Below, piece after piece: positions 1 through 7,461 of a DNA stretch of 18,996 bases. The stretch comes from Candidatus Njordarchaeota archaeon. Its GTDB lineage: Archaea; Asgardarchaeota; Njordarchaeia; Njordarchaeales; Njordarchaeaceae. Position numbers and translations under genes: made by a program. Under the pieces are notes generated by a model. The model did no database searches. It saw nothing but the letters and a program-made list of their open reading frames with translations, and was not told the DNA's origin. The DNA lies in the NCBI GenBank assembly GCA_029856625.1, contig JAHKLG010000012.1, positions 1 to 18,996 of the forward strand, given 5' to 3'. Every line of letters starts with the position of its first letter. Position 1 is the stretch's first letter.

Positions 1-1070
1 AATATAGCCTCTTTCACGGGCACGTCAATATTGTTGTCATGAAACACAGCCTTTATTTCCCCCGCTAGTATTCCACCATACCCAAAGGATATGTCGCGAT
101 CGACCACGAAAACTTTTGAGACGTCCTTGATTGCCTTTACAATATCCTGCTTGGGAAATGGTCGGAATGCTCTGACTTTGATAGCCCCTATTTTCATTCC
201 TTTTTCACGCAATTTATCAACAACAGCCTCAGCTTCTTCAGCTACGGTACCCATTGATATGATAAGGTACTCTGCATTATCAGTTTTATACTCTTTGATT
301 AAATCTCCATGCCATGTGCCGAATATTTCTTTAAATTCTTGAGATGCCTTCTTAATTACAGCAACAGCGTTATCCATCGATTTCTGAATAGCTAGGCGAA
401 CTTTTGCATAATCCCATGGAAATAATATATTACCATATGTAAGAGGTTCAGCAATCTTTGGATTCACCACGTAATGGGGCGGCTCATAGGGTGGCAAGTA
501 TTCATCCACTTTCTCCTGATCATGAATAGTGACTGGCATTGTGGTGTGACTGAGAACGAAGCCTTCTAGACAAACCATTGCAGGAAGTAAAACATTTTTA
601 TCTTCGGCAATTTTGTACGCTTGAATAATAGTGTCGAGAACTTCTTGATTATTAGAAGCAAAAAACATTATCCAGCCTAAATCCCTAGCGGCTAATGCAT
701 CATTCCAGTCTGCCCAAATATTCCACGGAGGAGCCATTGCTCTATCCACTACAGCCATAACTACTGGTACACGAGCTCCTACAGCCCAGCTAATCATTTC
801 AAACATATAAAAGAAGCCATGACTAGAGGTAGCGGTAAAAGCTCTTGCCCCAGCTGCTGAAGCCCCTATAATCGCAGCCATCGCGGAGTGTTCTGATTCC
901 ACTGTGATAAATTTAGCTTTCATCTCTCCTGTATCAACCCACTTAGAAAGAGTTTCTACGATTGTTGTCTGGGGAGTAATTGGATAGGCAGCAATAACTT
1001 CTACCCTGCTTAAGCGTGCTCCCCAAGCAGCAGCATCATTCCCAGTTATAACATCTATCCTTGGCATCAT
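1..1070 (-). CDS. porA: 2-oxoacid (pyruvate/2-ketoisovalerate type):ferredoxin oxidoreductase alpha subunit, 3'-truncated by the window edge
   Basis: Not in the ORF track because it is open at the window edge. My minus-strand translation from ATG ATG at 1070 reads MMPRIDVITGNDAAAWGARLSRVEVIAAYPITPQTTIVE... and continues without a stop to base 1 (...VVDRDISFGYGGILAGEIKAVFHDNNIDVPVKEAI). The AYPITPQT motif is typical of POR/VOR alpha. The start abuts the delta stop at 1071-1073, matching G-D-A operon order. POR and VOR cannot be told apart from sequence by eye. Confidence 0.85.
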   Translation of the reverse strand, partial: MMPRIDVITGNDAAAWGARLSRVEVIAAYPITPQTTIVETLSKWVDTGEMKAKFITVESEHSAMAAIIGASAAGARAFTATSSHGFFYMFEMISWAVGARVPVVMAVVDRAMAPPWNIWADWNDALAARDLGWIMFFASNNQEVLDTIIQAYKIAEDKNVLLPAMVCLEGFVLSHTTMPVTIHDQEKVDEYLPPYEPPHYVVNPKIAEPLTYGNILFPWDYAKVRLAIQKSMDNAVAVIKKASQEFKEIFGTWHGDLIKEYKTDNAEYLIISMGTVAEEAEAVVDKLREKGMKIGAIKVRAFRPFPKQDIVKAIKDVSKVFVVDRDISFGYGGILAGEIKAVFHDNNIDVPVKEAI

Positions 1071-1337
1071 TTATCCCTCCCTAATTTTAGAAATCGCTTT
1101 AACAGGACACACTTCGTAACAAATTAAACATCCCTTGCAGTAGTCATAGTTTATTTTTGGATAATCTCCTCGTTTACCTACGATTATAGCTCCCTCTGGA
1201 CAGTACATCCAGCATTGATAACATTTAGTACATTTGCTCTCGTCTATCATTGGTCTAAAAACACGCCATGTCCCCGTCTTTCCACCGGCTCCAATTTTGG
1301 GTTTCGAGATAGGTAATAAAAGGTGTTCCTCAGACAT
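1071..1337 (-). CDS. porD: 2-oxoacid:ferredoxin oxidoreductase delta subunit (2x[4Fe-4S] ferredoxin-like)
   Basis: The 88-aa ORF has two cluster motifs, CTKCYQCWMYCP and CKGCLICYEVCP. It lies between the gamma and alpha subunits. Confidence 0.9.
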   Translation of the reverse strand: MSEEHLLLPISKPKIGAGGKTGTWRVFRPMIDESKCTKCYQCWMYCPEGAIIVGKRGDYPKINYDYCKGCLICYEVCPVKAISKIREG

Positions 1338-1351
1338 TTTGCTCCCCCGGA

Positions 1352-1930
1352 TTATAATTCCTTAACTATTTTCGTTTGAGTATAAGCTCTTCTCGAAGCT
1401 TCAGCATTTAATTCACCAACACTACCACTCCATGTATCTCTAATTGCTTCTACAACAGAATCTATCGATGGCAAATTCATCACTTTGGCAAAAGCTCCGA
1501 TCATCGCTGTATTAACAACGGGTATACCAGCTACAGTGAGCTTAAGCTCCAATGCGATATCAGTAGCATTCACTACCGCAACTCGCAGCCTTTTGTCTTT
1601 AATTTCTTTGGGTATTTCTTTACTCCTGGTATTCAAAATGAGCGTGCCACCTTCCTTAAGTTGGTCAAGTATATTTGTTATCTTTAATAAGCTTTCATCA
1701 AAAACTATGGCAACATCAGGGTTGTGCACGAAATGATGGTACTTAATATATTTATCAGATATTCGATTATAGGCGTAAACTGGTGCGCCTCTTCTTTCAG
1801 CACCAAAGAAGACGATTGACTGAGCCCACAATTTTTCTTTTACAGCAGCTTTAGCTAATATACGAGAGGCAGTTACAGCTCCTTGACCGCCTCGTCCAAG
1901 CCAGCTAACTTCTATCAGCAAATAATTCAC
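1352..1930 (-). CDS. porG: 2-oxoacid:ferredoxin oxidoreductase gamma subunit
   Basis: The 192-aa ORF has the N-terminal GRGGQGAVTASRILAKAA motif typical of POR/VOR gamma. It is the first gene of the G-D-A arrangement. Confidence 0.9.
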   Translation of the reverse strand: MNYLLIEVSWLGRGGQGAVTASRILAKAAVKEKLWAQSIVFFGAERRGAPVYAYNRISDKYIKYHHFVHNPDVAIVFDESLLKITNILDQLKEGGTLILNTRSKEIPKEIKDKRLRVAVVNATDIALELKLTVAGIPVVNTAMIGAFAKVMNLPSIDSVVEAIRDTWSGSVGELNAEASRRAYTQTKIVKEL

Positions 1931-2038
1931 CTTGATTGGGTTATTCTGCGAAAATTATTAATGGGTTGACGATCTTTAAGAAGATACCATAAATATGTCC
2001 ATCCGTTAGAAACATTTGAGTTTGATAAGGTATGAAGT

Positions 2039-2356
2039 ATGGCAGAAAATCCTATGGAATCTTTCTCAGAATTCAAAGGATGGGTAATTAAGAAGAGAGA
2101 ACATGGTAAAATAGTCTTTTTAGATCTGAGAACAATGACTTTGCCATGGCAAATTCTCCAGGTGGTAATTAAAAAGGGGATCTTTCCAGACGAGAAATGG
2201 GGACTCGTAGAGAAAATTTCCCAAGAATCCGCGATAATTGTGAAAGGTCGAATGGTGAACAATCCTAGAGCGCCAGGAGGGAAAGAGTTAATCGCCAATG
2301 ACGTAGAGGTAACATCTATTGCTGAATCCCCGTATCCTCTAGGAAAAAAAGAGTAA
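2039..2356 (+). CDS. asnS: Asparaginyl-tRNA synthetase, N-terminal anticodon-binding OB-fold fragment (ends at an in-frame TAA)
   Basis: The 105-aa sequence (FKGWVIKKREHGKIVFLDLR...SAIIVKGRMVNNPRAPGGKELIANDVEV) matches the class IIb aaRS N-domain. It is in the same reading frame as the 2372..3334 ORF (both starts are 2 mod 3). Confidence 0.8.
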   Translation: MAENPMESFSEFKGWVIKKREHGKIVFLDLRTMTLPWQILQVVIKKGIFPDEKWGLVEKISQESAIIVKGRMVNNPRAPGGKELIANDVEVTSIAESPYPLGKKE

Positions 2357-2371
2357 CCCCCAGATGTTCTT

Positions 2372-3334
2372 ATGAGGTGGAGACATTTAGCTATTAGATC
2401 CCAAAAATATACGAAAATTTGGATTGTGAGAGATTCATTACTAAGAGCTGCTAGAGAATACTTCACTAAAAATGGATGGTATGAAGTATCACCACCTATT
2501 TTAGTTAGCACAGCATGCGAAGGAGGAGCAACTCTCTTCTCAGTGAACTACTTTGATGACGCTAAGGTATATCTATCGCAATCAGCACAGTTATATTTGG
2601 AGGCAATGATTTTTTCACTTGGCAAAGTTTGGAGCCTAACCCCCTCGTTTAGAGCTGAAAAATCAAGGACAAGACGACATTTAGCGGAATATTGGCATCT
2701 TGAGGCGGAAGCAGCATGGTATGATTTAGATGACATATTAAAAGTTGAGGAAGAGCTTATTTACTACGTTATTCAAAGATTACTTGAGAACGATGTGGCT
2801 TCCCGGATTATTAAGGAATTCAGAGGATCACTAGAGATGCTAGAAGATGTGAGAATTCCTTTCAAGAGGATAAGGTATGATGAAGCTATTGAGATTTTGC
2901 AGTCAAAGGGATTAAAAATCGAATGGGGCGACGATATTGGTGGGGATGAGGAAAGGATATTGTCAGAAGAGATCGGAGAATGGTTCTTTTTGACGCATTT
3001 TCCAGCGAATATTAAAGCTTTCTATGTTAAACTTGACGAAAAGAGACCTGAGGTAAGTTTATCTGCAGATTTGTTAGCTCCTGAGGGTTATGGAGAAATA
3101 ATTGGGGGAAGTCAAAGAGAGGATAAAGTAGATGTTTTAATCGAAAGGATAAAGTCGGAAGGTTTCGATCCGAAAGATTATGAATGGTATCTTGATTTAA
3201 GAAGATATGGAAGTGTTCCTCATAGCGGTTTTGGATTAGGAGTGGAGAGATTATTGATGTGGGTTCTTAAACTCGACCACATAAGAGACTCCTTGCCGTT
3301 CCCGAGACTAGCTAGAGTTAAAAAATTCATATAG
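2372..3334 (+). CDS. asnS: Asparaginyl-tRNA synthetase, catalytic core fragment
   Basis: The sequence reads RHLAIRS...GGATLF...YLSQSAQLYLEAMI...PSFRAEKSRTRRHLAEYWHLEAE...LAPEGYGEIIGGSQRE...YGSVPHSGFGLGVERL. Class II motifs 1-3 are intact and AsnRS-type (close to the Pyrococcus AsnRS as I recall it). The frame stays open from the TAA at 2354-2356 onward (PPDVLMRWRHL). Confidence 0.85.
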   Translation: MRWRHLAIRSQKYTKIWIVRDSLLRAAREYFTKNGWYEVSPPILVSTACEGGATLFSVNYFDDAKVYLSQSAQLYLEAMIFSLGKVWSLTPSFRAEKSRTRRHLAEYWHLEAEAAWYDLDDILKVEEELIYYVIQRLLENDVASRIIKEFRGSLEMLEDVRIPFKRIRYDEAIEILQSKGLKIEWGDDIGGDEERILSEEIGEWFFLTHFPANIKAFYVKLDEKRPEVSLSADLLAPEGYGEIIGGSQREDKVDVLIERIKSEGFDPKDYEWYLDLRRYGSVPHSGFGLGVERLLMWVLKLDHIRDSLPFPRLARVKKFI

Positions 3335-3361
3335 CAGAGACTCTTATTATAATAACCTCTT

Positions 3362-3420
3362 GATCAATGATGAATTCATCCTTGAGCGATTAGATGAGCG
3401 GCGATGGGCAGGCTGAGATC
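3362..3420 (+). ncRNA. Candidate C/D box sRNA
   Basis: The layout is GATC-a-ATGATGA (C box, 3367-3373), then 12 nt, GCGA (degenerate D'), TAGATGA (C'-like, 3391-3397), a GC-rich guide GCGGCGATGGGCAGG, CTGA (D box, 3413-3416) and GATC. The terminal 4-bp stem GATC/GATC brackets the C and D boxes. The 50-nt C-to-D span is typical of archaeal sRNAs. The internal boxes are degenerate. Confidence 0.4.
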
Positions 3421-3520
3421 TATGGATTAATTATTATTCAAAATTAAGCAAGAGTCATAGAAAGGTAAAATTTAAAAAAGAGACCCAATTGTGTGGAATA
3501 TTGTTGGCTTAAATTATCCA

Positions 3521-3685
3521 CCCGCCCCCGCGGCCGGAAGCTAAGCCCTCCCACGAGGGACCGAGTACCGCGCTCCGCGAGGGCGCGGGAAAGGCCCTTG
3601 CTGCGTCCTCCTTAAAGGGGGACGCGGCCACAGGGGAGGGGTCACGCCCGTTCCCATTCCGAACACGGAAACCGTGGGGGCGGGG
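3521..3685 (+). rRNA. rrf: Circularly permuted 5S rRNA gene (precursor with a 13-bp terminal clamp helix; predicted processed span 3540-3670)
   Basis: All 5S elements are present but in the order 3'-part, then cap loop, then 5'-part. GCUAAGCC is at 3540-3547. The helix II 3' strand CCCUCCC (3546-3552) pairs with GGGAGGG (3634-3640). Helix V is AGGG(A)CC (3556-3562) with GGCCCU (3593-3598). Loop E-like GAGUACC / GGGAAA is present. Helix IV is CCGCGC (3568-3573) with GCGCGG (3583-3588). Helix I is CUGCGUCCUCC (3601-3611) with GGGGGACGCGG (3617-3627), closed by UUAAA (3612-3616). Loop A is CCACAG. Helix III/loop C is CCCGUUCCCAUUCCGAACACGGAA (3647-3670). The flanks CCCGCCCCCGCGG (3521-3533) and CCGUGGGGGCGGG (3672-3684) form 13 bp. 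A T5 run follows at 3686-3690. Confidence 0.8.
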
Positions 3686-3903
3686 TTTTTAATCCTTCTT
3701 TTGAGTTAAAGTCTGATGCGTGTTTTTCTTGGCTAATGTGCTTTAATTTTTATCCAAACGATATCTTAGAAGGTAATAATATGCTGTGAGTATTACACAT
3801 ATTATATTGTGCTTTTAATTTGGATGTGAATGTTTCACAAAAAGATTTAATCAAAAATAAACTATCAAATAGATTTGAATGAGAAATTTTGGTATAACCT
3901 ACT

Positions 3904-4725
3904 ATGGAGGGAATAGATGTGAGATGGGAGGCAGCTTATGATGAAGCAAAAACGTTAAGAGAGATTATCGCAGCAATATCAGGTGTGATTAGTGAAGGAA
4001 ATTTCTATGTGAAAGAGGATGGGGTAGAATTCTCTGCAATAGATGAGTCAAGAGTAGCAATGGTTATTCTGAAAATGCCGACTAATGTTTTTCATAGGTA
4101 TGAATTTGAACCCCCTGAAGGAGGGGATACGATAATCATTGGTATCAACTTTTCAGAACTGAAAAAAGTTTTTCAAAGAGGTAAGGCCAAAGATAGCGTA
4201 TTATTATCACTGAGAAGAGAGAGAAATAGACAATTCTTCGCAGTTACTTTCTATAGAGGAACGATAGACGAGAGATCCCTTCAAAGAACATTTGCATTAC
4301 CGATAATCGAGATACCGGAAGAAACTAGAATAAATATAAAGGAGCTCCAGTATGATGTCTCGGTAGAATTCGCTCCTGCTAGTTTCCTTAATGATATAAT
4401 CTCTGATGCAAAAGTAGTCGGTGAGGATTTAAGACTCGTGACCTTAAGCGATAGCAAGGAGATGAGGTTCGTAGCAGAAAGCGAGACAGGGGGTTTTTAT
4501 GAATATGTTGCGCCTCTAGAACGAGAAGATACCGTAGTTCAGTATGAAATAAGAAATGATGCTGAAGCATTATATTCTCTTGACTTCTTAAAGAAATTCA
4601 TCAGAGCAGCTAAAGTTGCTGATGTCGTTAGGATTGAGTACTCAAAGAATATGCCGCTGAAAATGACTTTCATGATTGGCGGCGGAACAGAACTTATTTA
4701 CTTATTAGCGCCTAGGATACTTTAA
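3904..4725 (+). CDS. pcn: DNA polymerase sliding clamp (PCNA)
   Basis: The 273-aa ORF contains ...AIDESRVAMVILKMPTNVFHRYE...IGINFSELKKVFQRGK...ALYSLDFLKKF...PLKMTF...LLAPRI, the typical archaeal PCNA pattern including the C-terminal LAPR. Confidence 0.9.
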   Translation: MEGIDVRWEAAYDEAKTLREIIAAISGVISEGNFYVKEDGVEFSAIDESRVAMVILKMPTNVFHRYEFEPPEGGDTIIIGINFSELKKVFQRGKAKDSVLLSLRRERNRQFFAVTFYRGTIDERSLQRTFALPIIEIPEETRINIKELQYDVSVEFAPASFLNDIISDAKVVGEDLRLVTLSDSKEMRFVAESETGGFYEYVAPLEREDTVVQYEIRNDAEALYSLDFLKKFIRAAKVADVVRIEYSKNMPLKMTFMIGGGTELIYLLAPRIL

Positions 4726-4910
4726 GGCATAGAGATATTTTGATTTTGACAAGCGATGATCTCATAAAATTACTGCGAAGTCATTGAAAGTGTATAAAAA
4801 ATACTGAAGTTCATGACATTGCATTGTTAAACTTTATGTATGTTTTTTGTAATAGTGTGATTTAAATGGAAATTACGAGTTATGAGCTAAATGACTGGGA
4901 GGTGGGATAA

Positions 4911-5546
4911 TTGGTTTACAAAGATAAGCATGGCTACTATAGGTTCAAAATAGTTTTCTATGGTCCATCAATGGCTGGGAAAACCACAATGGTGAAGATG
5001 CTATATAATAAGATCCTTGGGCTCAAAAAAGGAAGAATTCATTCAATAGAGGGAACTGACGGTAGAACATTATATTTTGATTACGTACCATTCGCTACTA
5101 AGGGAAAAGTACTATTTGACGTTTATACTGTTCCGGGACAGAGAAGGCATAAAAGGCAGAGAAAGCTAGTTCTAGAAGGAGCTGATGCTATAATTTTCGT
5201 AGTTGATAGCGATCCTAATGCATTAAATGAAAATATCTACAGCATTAATGAACTCAGGGAATTCTTAGGAGATAAATGGGGAGAAATCCCTATAATTATT
5301 GCTCTAAATAAGAGAGACTTGGCGGATGCCCTGCCAGAGACTGTTTTGTTAAGAGCGTTAAGACTAGATGGTCCATTTCCAGTATTTAGAACAATTGCTA
5401 TAGATGGAAAAGGGGTTAAAAGGGTTTTTCAGGAAGCTGCTCGGCTTGCAATGCTATATAGAGTCTTTCCAGATATTTACAAGGAACAACTAGCAGATCT
5501 AGCAAGGATCACGCGAGAAAGAATAGGTGCGGTCTCGGAAGAATAG
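4911..5546 (+). CDS. MglA-like small Ras-superfamily GTPase
   Basis: It has a TTG start preceded by GGAGGTG at 4898-4904. G1 is GPSMAGKTT. G3 is TVPGQ, with Thr in place of Asp as in the MglA family. G4 is NKRD. Confidence 0.8.
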   Translation: MVYKDKHGYYRFKIVFYGPSMAGKTTMVKMLYNKILGLKKGRIHSIEGTDGRTLYFDYVPFATKGKVLFDVYTVPGQRRHKRQRKLVLEGADAIIFVVDSDPNALNENIYSINELREFLGDKWGEIPIIIALNKRDLADALPETVLLRALRLDGPFPVFRTIAIDGKGVKRVFQEAARLAMLYRVFPDIYKEQLADLARITRERIGAVSEE

Positions 5547-5585
5547 AAGAATAAAAAATAAAAGTGCAGATATGTTTTTGTCCTC

Positions 5586-5855
5586 TCATTCCTTAGCAAC
5601 AATATCTAGAAGAGATATAGCCTCTAAGATGGCTGTTCTGGCGAAGGGGGGGATCTGAGGATCATCCGTTATCTCCTGCAAAATATCTATAGCATTTGCA
5701 GCCCTTAAAGCAAGACTTAATTCCTCATTTTCTAATTCTCTTAATGCATTACGAGCTGCTCTTCTAATATTTCTTGGTGTGCTTAAATCACGAGAGATTT
5801 TTACGAGAATTTTTTTAGCATTCTCTAGTGCCTGCCTTTTTTCATCAGAACTCAT
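5586..5855 (-). CDS. UPF0147 family protein (conserved archaeal small helical protein)
   Basis: The 89-aa ORF contains ...ISRDLSTPRNIRRAARNALRELE...ITDDPQIPPFARTAILEAISLLD, which matches my recollection of the UPF0147 signature (D.s.PrNiRraa ... DP.mP...Rt). Confidence 0.65.
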   Translation of the reverse strand: MSSDEKRQALENAKKILVKISRDLSTPRNIRRAARNALRELENEELSLALRAANAIDILQEITDDPQIPPFARTAILEAISLLDIVAKE

Positions 5856-5990
5856 GGTTCATCCCTCCAGAAAAGAGTTTAGATAATTTAGTAGAGTTAT
5901 TGAATTTTAATTAGGAAGAGTATTGGGGTTAAAAAAGAAGACAGCACAAAATGATTCATAAAGCTTTTCTTGATAGCTTGCAATTTGATC

Positions 5991-6182
5991 CTAAGATACT
6001 CTTTTCTTTCTCGCAATTCGATATGCTTCGGTCCATTTTACCTTTGCTGGATTTCTTTTTCTTTCTAGCGCATGGATCTTACACTTTTTTGAACAAAACC
6101 ATAATTCTTTACCAGATGTAAAAACGTATTTAATGCCCGTACCAGGGGGTATTTCTTTTCCACAAAAAGAACATTTCGGCAT
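5991..6182 (-). CDS. rpl24e: Ribosomal protein eL24
   Basis: The 63-aa ORF reads MPKCSFCGKEIPPGTGIKYVFTSGKELWFCSKKC, with the zinc-ribbon CxxC...CxxxC. It lies immediately downstream of eS28. Confidence 0.9.
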   Translation of the reverse strand: MPKCSFCGKEIPPGTGIKYVFTSGKELWFCSKKCKIHALERKRNPAKVKWTEAYRIARKKRVS

Positions 6183-6187
6183 TCTCT

Positions 6188-6463
6188 TTACCTCCTTTGA
6201 GCTTTAATTCTGGTAGCTTCTCTCTCAGTTTCCCTTAGCATTAAAATATCCCCTGGCCTCACAGGACCCTTCACGTTTCTAGTAATTATTCGACCCTTAT
6301 CGGGACCCTCTAATATTCTTGCTCTTACCTGAATAACTTCACCAGCCCTACCCATGCGTTCTACAATATATTCAACGACTGCAGGAATTCCTATATCTTC
6401 AATTACAGATGATTCTTCCGATTTTTTCTCCTCTCCCTTTTTCTTTTTTGGCATCTTTAGCAC
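6188..6463 (-). CDS. rps28e: Ribosomal protein eS28 (with a Lys/Glu-rich N-terminal extension; the start may be an internal Met)
   Basis: The core is [46 protein letters not shown]. It sits in the conserved L7Ae-S28e-L24e order. Confidence 0.9.
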   Translation of the reverse strand: MLKMPKKKKGEEKKSEESSVIEDIGIPAVVEYIVERMGRAGEVIQVRARILEGPDKGRIITRNVKGPVRPGDILMLRETEREATRIKAQRR

Positions 6464-6513
6464 CCGTATAAGAGAAATATTGAAAGGATAGGATGTGAGG
6501 GATATTTAAAATG

Positions 6514-6897
6514 CTATTTTTTCACTAAACGAAGTTCGCGTATTTTCTGAATAATTCTCTGAAGTTTCTCAGTAGCTCTCCCAGGATCCACAATCGCAGC
6601 CGAAGATGCCGGACGTTCTATACCCGCAGCTTTACCAAGTTCTGCTTTGGAAGGGACGAAAAGGTATGGTACTCCTCTCTCTTCGCAGAGCGGAGGTAAA
6701 TGCATGACGATTTCTGGAGGATTCACGTCCATTGCGATATAAACAAGCTTGGCCTGTCCTCTTTCAATGGCTTTAGTAGTTTCATTTACGCCTTTTCTTA
6801 CTTTACCTCCTTCACGTCTCACTTCTTCAAGGAGTTTTAAGGCTTCTCCAGCTAATTCTGAGGGGGTTTCCCATGTTACATAAGGCGGTAATGACAT
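6514..6897 (-). CDS. rpl7ae: Ribosomal protein L7Ae (K-turn binding)
   Basis: The 127-aa ORF contains [58 protein letters not shown]. Confidence 0.95.
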   Translation of the reverse strand: MSLPPYVTWETPSELAGEALKLLEEVRREGGKVRKGVNETTKAIERGQAKLVYIAMDVNPPEIVMHLPPLCEERGVPYLFVPSKAELGKAAGIERPASSAAIVDPGRATEKLQRIIQKIRELRLVKK

Positions 6898-6972
6898 ACA
6901 TAATCACCTTCTTGTTTTTCATCGGATCATCTATTTTTTTATTCATTTATAGGTGGGAATATAAAGGAAGTT

Positions 6973-7461
6973 TCATTCAAGCTTTATATTTTTCTTCTTT
7001 AACCATTCATCAAGATTTCGTATAATCTCTCTCGGATCCTTTCCCTCACAAGTCACACCCATAGAAACCATCGTACCTAAGACGCTCTTTATTGCACCCC
7101 TAAGATCCTTTACATACATACTATCCATTTTCATCTTAGCAATTTCGACTACCTTCTCTAAGGATAAATCTCCTATAACTTCCTTACCTGCCTGACCAGA
7201 TCCCTTTTCCTTTTTTAACTCTTTAAGGATGAGAGCCGAAGTATATGGGACTCCAACCTCTATTTCCCATTTTCTCTCTGCCGTATCAACTATTACCTTA
7301 ACAGGAACAACCAAACCCTTCCAAGAGCTAGTTGCCTTGTTAATATCCGCTACAACCCTACCAACAGGCAAACCCAGCTGACCCAAAGCTGGTCCTAAGG
7401 GGGGCCCTGGTGTAGCTTCCCCTCCCTTTACAAGGAATGTTAAAGTGATCTTCTTCCCCAT
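6973..7461 (-). CDS. rpl11: Ribosomal protein uL11
   Basis: The 162-aa ORF contains LVKGGEATPGPPLGPALGQLGLPVGRVVADINKAT, the uL11 N-terminal signature. Confidence 0.95.
   Translation of the reverse strand: MGKKITLTFLVKGGEATPGPPLGPALGQLGLPVGRVVADINKATSSWKGLVVPVKVIVDTAERKWEIEVGVPYTSALILKELKKEKGSGQAGKEVIGDLSLEKVVEIAKMKMDSMYVKDLRGAIKSVLGTMVSMGVTCEGKDPREIIRNLDEWLKKKNIKLE

Noticed and set aside
2354-2356. TAA reassigned as a sense codon genome-wide, as an explanation for the asnS interruption.
   Set aside because: TAA clearly terminates other well-delimited genes in the window (for example the oxidoreductase delta subunit, Clp1 and PCNA), with protein ends matching family expectations.
1927-2511. 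A 194-aa minus-strand ORF, plus similar listed ORFs at 91-342(+), 1485-1736(+), 2548-2736(-), 4388-4570(-), 8259-8753(-), 9108-9392(-), 10117-10365(+), 10411-10698(+), 11234-11554(+), 12023-12283(+), 13310-13510(+), 14132-14326(+), 14504-14743(+), 14774-15004(+), 15206-15484(+) and 17631-17813(-).
   Set aside because: Each lies antisense to a confidently identified conserved gene. Their composition is low-complexity and Ser/Leu/Ile-rich, typical of shadow frames, and none has a recognisable motif.
3521-3685. A strictly canonical BHB (4 perfect central pairs plus a paired inner helix) at the permuted-5S ends.
   Set aside because: The central helix has only 3 Watson-Crick pairs plus a G x A mismatch. 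No inner helix pairs 3541-3544 with 3661-3664. I therefore call the motif BHB-like/relaxed rather than canonical and keep processing as a hypothesis.
4750-4815. A possible C/D sRNA (GCGATGA ... CTGC ... TGAAAG ... CTGA) upstream of the GTPase gene.
   Set aside because: The C box is mismatched and the C' box is poor. The guides are almost pure A/T (GTATAAAAAATA), and there is no terminal stem.
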